Positions 60,662 to 64,000 of a DNA stretch of 64,000 nt are shown here, in pieces. The position numbers and the translations under genes are program-made. The DNA is taken from positions 512,001 through 576,000 of the forward strand of contig JBMNEZ010000001.1 of NCBI GenBank assembly GCA_050949045.1, read 5' to 3'. Below the pieces are notes generated by a model. It did no database searches. It was not told where the DNA came from and saw only the letters and a program-made list of their open reading frames with translations. Position 1 is the first letter of the stretch. Each line of letters starts with the position of its first letter. Source of the DNA: Candidatus Izemoplasmatales bacterium (GTDB taxonomy: Bacteria > Bacillota_I > Bacilli_A > Izemoplasmatales > Hujiaoplasmataceae).

Positions 60662-62064
60662 TGGATAACATGAAACAAGAAATCGATTCAATCAAAAACA
60701 TCAAAGAAGGCAATATCGTCAAGGGCATCGTCGTCAAAGTCGATGACGAAGAGGTGCTTGTCGACGTCGGCTACGTCTTTGAAGGCACTATCTACAAGGC
60801 TCATCTCTCCGCAAACAAAGTACAAAGTGCGAAGGATGTTGTCAAAGTCGGTGATGAGATCGAAGCCAAAATAACCAAACTGGCACATGGTGATGAGAAT
60901 AACATCATGCTTTTGTCACGCCGCGAACTTGAGCGCAAACAAATTCAGATGCAGTATCGCGAAGACATCAAAATCGACCATGATCTGATCGCAAAAGTGA
61001 AGAAAGACGTCAAGGGCGGACTGATCCTTGACTATCATTCGTTTGAGATCTTCCTTCCCGAGTCGTTGATCCAACTTGAGGAACTTTCCCCTGAGGAGAA
61101 AAAGGCCTATGTCGGTAAGGAGATCAAAGTAAGGATTATCGATATCCGCCCGGAACGTGGGAAGGAAAAGATCATCGCCAACAAGAAGACCGTTGACTAT
61201 GAGACCCTCAAAAACAAGGAAAAAAGCGAAATTCAAGCTCTTACAGTCGGCGATACCATCAAAGGGGAGGTCACCAAGATCACCGATTTCGGAGCTTTTG
61301 TGAAAATCTCTGAACTTGTCGAAGGCCTAATCCATATCAGCGAACTCAGTCATTATCATGTCAAAAAAGTCGACGAGGTCGTCAAAGTCGGCGATGAGGT
61401 CGAATGTAAGATCATCAAAATCTCCGGCAGAAGAATTTCCCTCTCGCTCCGATCTTTGCAGGAAACGCCCTGGGAACGGTTCTTGAAAAACCATAAAGTT
61501 GGCGACAGAGTTGAGGGGAAAATTGTCAAGAAGATGCAGTTTGGTATGCTTGTCGAAGTTGAGCGCGACATCAGCGGCCTCTTATCGCGTTCCGACTATT
61601 CATGGGATCCAAAAGACAATCTGGCTGGCCGCGTCAACACCGGTGATTTAATCAATGTAGAGATTACCTCAATCTCGCAGGAGAAGAAGCAGTTCACTGT
61701 TTCCAAAAAACACCTTGACTACAACCCCTGGGCGGACCTTAAACTTCGTGTCGGCGAACATGTCGCCGCGACCGTCAAGACAATCGAAGAAAAGGGAGCC
61801 GTTGTCGAAGTGGCCGGGGTAGAAGCATATCTGCCGATCAGGGAACTTTCCAGCGAGCGTGTGAACCGCGTCGATGAAGTCGTCAAGCAAGGCGACGTCA
61901 TCACTGTTGAAGTAATCCAGTTTTTTCCTAAGGAATGGCGGATGACAGTTTCACTGAAGAGGGTCACCGAAAAAGTCCAGAGACAAGAATATGAAGAACA
62001 TCTTAAGGAAAACGTCTCTGCCAGCCAATCGCTCGCTGATTTGTTTAAAAAATATAAGAAATAA
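60661..62064 (+). CDS. rpsA: Ribosomal protein S1
   Basis: Repeated S1 domains (G..V.G.V..I..FGAFV...EGLIHISELS); lies between cmk and der. Confidence 0.9.
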   Translation: MDNMKQEIDSIKNIKEGNIVKGIVVKVDDEEVLVDVGYVFEGTIYKAHLSANKVQSAKDVVKVGDEIEAKITKLAHGDENNIMLLSRRELERKQIQMQYREDIKIDHDLIAKVKKDVKGGLILDYHSFEIFLPESLIQLEELSPEEKKAYVGKEIKVRIIDIRPERGKEKIIANKKTVDYETLKNKEKSEIQALTVGDTIKGEVTKITDFGAFVKISELVEGLIHISELSHYHVKKVDEVVKVGDEVECKIIKISGRRISLSLRSLQETPWERFLKNHKVGDRVEGKIVKKMQFGMLVEVERDISGLLSRSDYSWDPKDNLAGRVNTGDLINVEITSISQEKKQFTVSKKHLDYNPWADLKLRVGEHVAATVKTIEEKGAVVEVAGVEAYLPIRELSSERVNRVDEVVKQGDVITVEVIQFFPKEWRMTVSLKRVTEKVQRQEYEEHLKENVSASQSLADLFKKYKK

Positions 62065-62075
62065 AAAGCAAAAAG

Positions 62076-63392
62076 GTGGTAAAGGTGCTGCCAACAGTAG
62101 CTATCGTCGGCCGTCCCAACGTGGGAAAATCGACGATCTTCAACCGCATCGTTGGCGAACGCATTGCGATCACCAACGATGAGCCAGGAGCTACCAGAGA
62201 CCGAATCTATGGTAAAGCTAGCTGGCTCAACCGAAACTTTTCCGTTATCGACACGGGTGGCATCGAGATTAGCGATGCGCCCTTTTTGTCATCGATCAAA
62301 GCCCAAGCCGAGATTGCGATTGCAGAAAGCGCGGTGATTATCTTTGTCGTTGACGGCAAAACCGGCTTGACACCCGACGATTATGAGATCATGAAACTGC
62401 TTTTTGCCTCCAATAAGCCCATAATCGTAGCCGTAAACAAAACCGACAACGACAAGATTAGGGAAAGACATTATGAGTTCTATGAATTGGGGATCGCGGA
62501 TGTAATACCTGTATCGGCCGCTCATGGCATTGGGTTTGGTGATTTGCTTGATAAAGTCATTACTTTTCTTGGCGATGCCACAGAACCTGAATATCCGGAT
62601 ACGACAGTGAAGATTGCCGTCATCGGCCGACCGAATGTCGGAAAATCATCGCTGACCAACGCCATTCTCGGTTATGACCGCGTAATCACGAGCCAGATTC
62701 AGGGTACGACGACTGACGCCATCGACACTCCTTTCAGAAGGGACGATACAGATTACGTTATCATCGATACCGCTGGTCTATCAAAACGCGGTAAATCATT
62801 TGAGAGTGTGGAAAAATACAGCGCTCTAAGGGCAATGAAGGCGATTGAGCGGTGCGACCTCGCCCTTTTAGTCATAGATGCGACCAGCGAAATCAACGAA
62901 ACGGATAAGCATATCGCCGGCTATGTCCTAGAAAATGGAAAAGCGATGGTTTTTGTAGTAAACAAGTATGATGCCATCCAGAAAGACACGAATACGATAT
63001 CAAAATGGACTGAGATGATCCGCAGGGAGTTTCAGTTTCTCCCCTACATCGACATCGCTTTCCTTTCGGCTTCGACGAAGGCACGGCTGAATACGCTATT
63101 TCCTTTGATTCGAAAGGCTTACAGAAACTATGAGCGCCGCGTGCAAACCTCGGTTTTGAACGAGATAATTGCCGAAGCGATGCTCATCAATCCGCCAAAA
63201 GAACACAACCAAGCGATAATTAAAGTCTATTACGCCACCCAGGTTAAAAGCAAATGTCCGACCTTCGTACTTTTCGTCAATAATGCCAAAGCACTTCATT
63301 TCAGTTACTATCGATATTTGGAGAATCGCATCCGCGAATGCTTTGATTTTACCGGCACGCCGATCAAATTGATCCTTAGAAATCGCGAATAA
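62076..63392 (+). CDS. der: Ribosome biogenesis GTPase Der/EngA
   Basis: Two GRPNVGKS G-domains, DTGG/DTAG, NKxD, C-terminal KH-like domain. Confidence 0.97.
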   Translation: MVKVLPTVAIVGRPNVGKSTIFNRIVGERIAITNDEPGATRDRIYGKASWLNRNFSVIDTGGIEISDAPFLSSIKAQAEIAIAESAVIIFVVDGKTGLTPDDYEIMKLLFASNKPIIVAVNKTDNDKIRERHYEFYELGIADVIPVSAAHGIGFGDLLDKVITFLGDATEPEYPDTTVKIAVIGRPNVGKSSLTNAILGYDRVITSQIQGTTTDAIDTPFRRDDTDYVIIDTAGLSKRGKSFESVEKYSALRAMKAIERCDLALLVIDATSEINETDKHIAGYVLENGKAMVFVVNKYDAIQKDTNTISKWTEMIRREFQFLPYIDIAFLSASTKARLNTLFPLIRKAYRNYERRVQTSVLNEIIAEAMLINPPKEHNQAIIKVYYATQVKSKCPTFVLFVNNAKALHFSYYRYLENRIRECFDFTGTPIKLILRNRE

Positions 63393-63434
63393 TGGCTAAA
63401 AATACGAAAAAAACGCTCTTTTTTAACCAAACGC

Positions 63435-63463
63435 TTGCATTTTGATTATAAACTACCTATAAT
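63435..63463 (+). promoter_or_regulatory. SigA promoter of hup
   Basis: TTGCAT, 17 nt, TATAAT. Confidence 0.65.
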
Positions 63464-63497
63464 CTATAGTATCAATACAAAATGGGAGGTTTTTTAG

Positions 63498-63770
63498 ATG
63501 AACAAATCTGAACTTGTCGCAAGAATTGCCGAACTAGCCGATCTCACAAAGAAAGACGCTGAGAGCGCTTTGAATGCAACTGTGCTCGCAATTCAAGAAG
63601 CATTGGTCAAAGGTGACAAAGTCATTCTCACAGGATTTGGAACCTTTGAAGTCAAAGTACGCAAGGAACGCCAAGGCCATGATCCAAGAACTGGTGCTCC
63701 CATCACGATTCCCGCATTAAAGGCTCCAACATTCAAAGCAGGAAAAGTTCTCAAGGACGCAGTTCGCTAA
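63498..63770 (+). CDS. hup: DNA-binding protein HU
   Basis: MNKSELV...GFGTF...R.G.DPRTG..I.IPA...P.FKAGK.LKD. Confidence 0.97.
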   Translation: MNKSELVARIAELADLTKKDAESALNATVLAIQEALVKGDKVILTGFGTFEVKVRKERQGHDPRTGAPITIPALKAPTFKAGKVLKDAVR

Positions 63771-63795
63771 AAAAGCTGATTCTGTTTCAAAGCGT

Positions 63796-63827
63796 AAAAA
63801 AACCGGCAAATAATCACCGGTTTTTTT
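63796..63827 (+). terminator. Intrinsic terminator
   Basis: AAAAAAACCGG...CCGGTTTTTTT. Confidence 0.75.
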
Positions 63828-64000
63828 ATAATATTGTGAATCCAAGCAGAGGCAAAAGGTAAAACAGATAAGAGATTAGATTATTCAGAAAATGCACGCC
63901 TATGGTAACATAGATGTTTTTCTCGGAACGGAAATATATATAGCCAAAGACGGCGCCCATTGTGATGTAGGGGATTGACTGAACGAAATCCCCATAGGCG

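Overview
Bacterial chromosomal segment using genetic code 11 (TGA is a stop). Gene content and order suggest a free-living Bacilli/Mollicutes-lineage organism, Izemoplasmatales/Acholeplasmatales-like; this is inference. The left ~34 kb is accessory-rich. It holds a surface carbohydrate locus (Ig/InlB-repeat/CBM-like lipoprotein plus membrane-anchored GH3), a doubly frameshifted uxaC, pdxS-pdxR with a decayed pdxT remnant, and a five-gene archaeal-type proline-dehydrogenase-like complex followed by P5C dehydrogenase. It also holds buk, CIRCE-controlled groESL/clpB/hsp20, a cobalamin riboswitch with a DUF4430 lipoprotein and ECF S-component, and a Thr/Pro-repeat esterase lipoprotein. The right ~30 kb starts with GH20, two Sel1-repeat genes, queH and a DUF5058-type membrane pair with an M20 peptidase, then is mostly core: cvfB, yebC, pgsA-recA-rny-ymdB-miaB, mutS-mutL-miaA, efp, rluB-cmk-rpsA-der-hup. 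No rRNA, tRNA, CRISPR array or intact mobile element was seen. The best novelty candidates are an unassigned minus-strand structured RNA between miaB and mutS, the neighbouring tail-anchored protein with HeH/SAP-like motifs, and the proline oxidation operon. All assignments are by eye; no searches were run.
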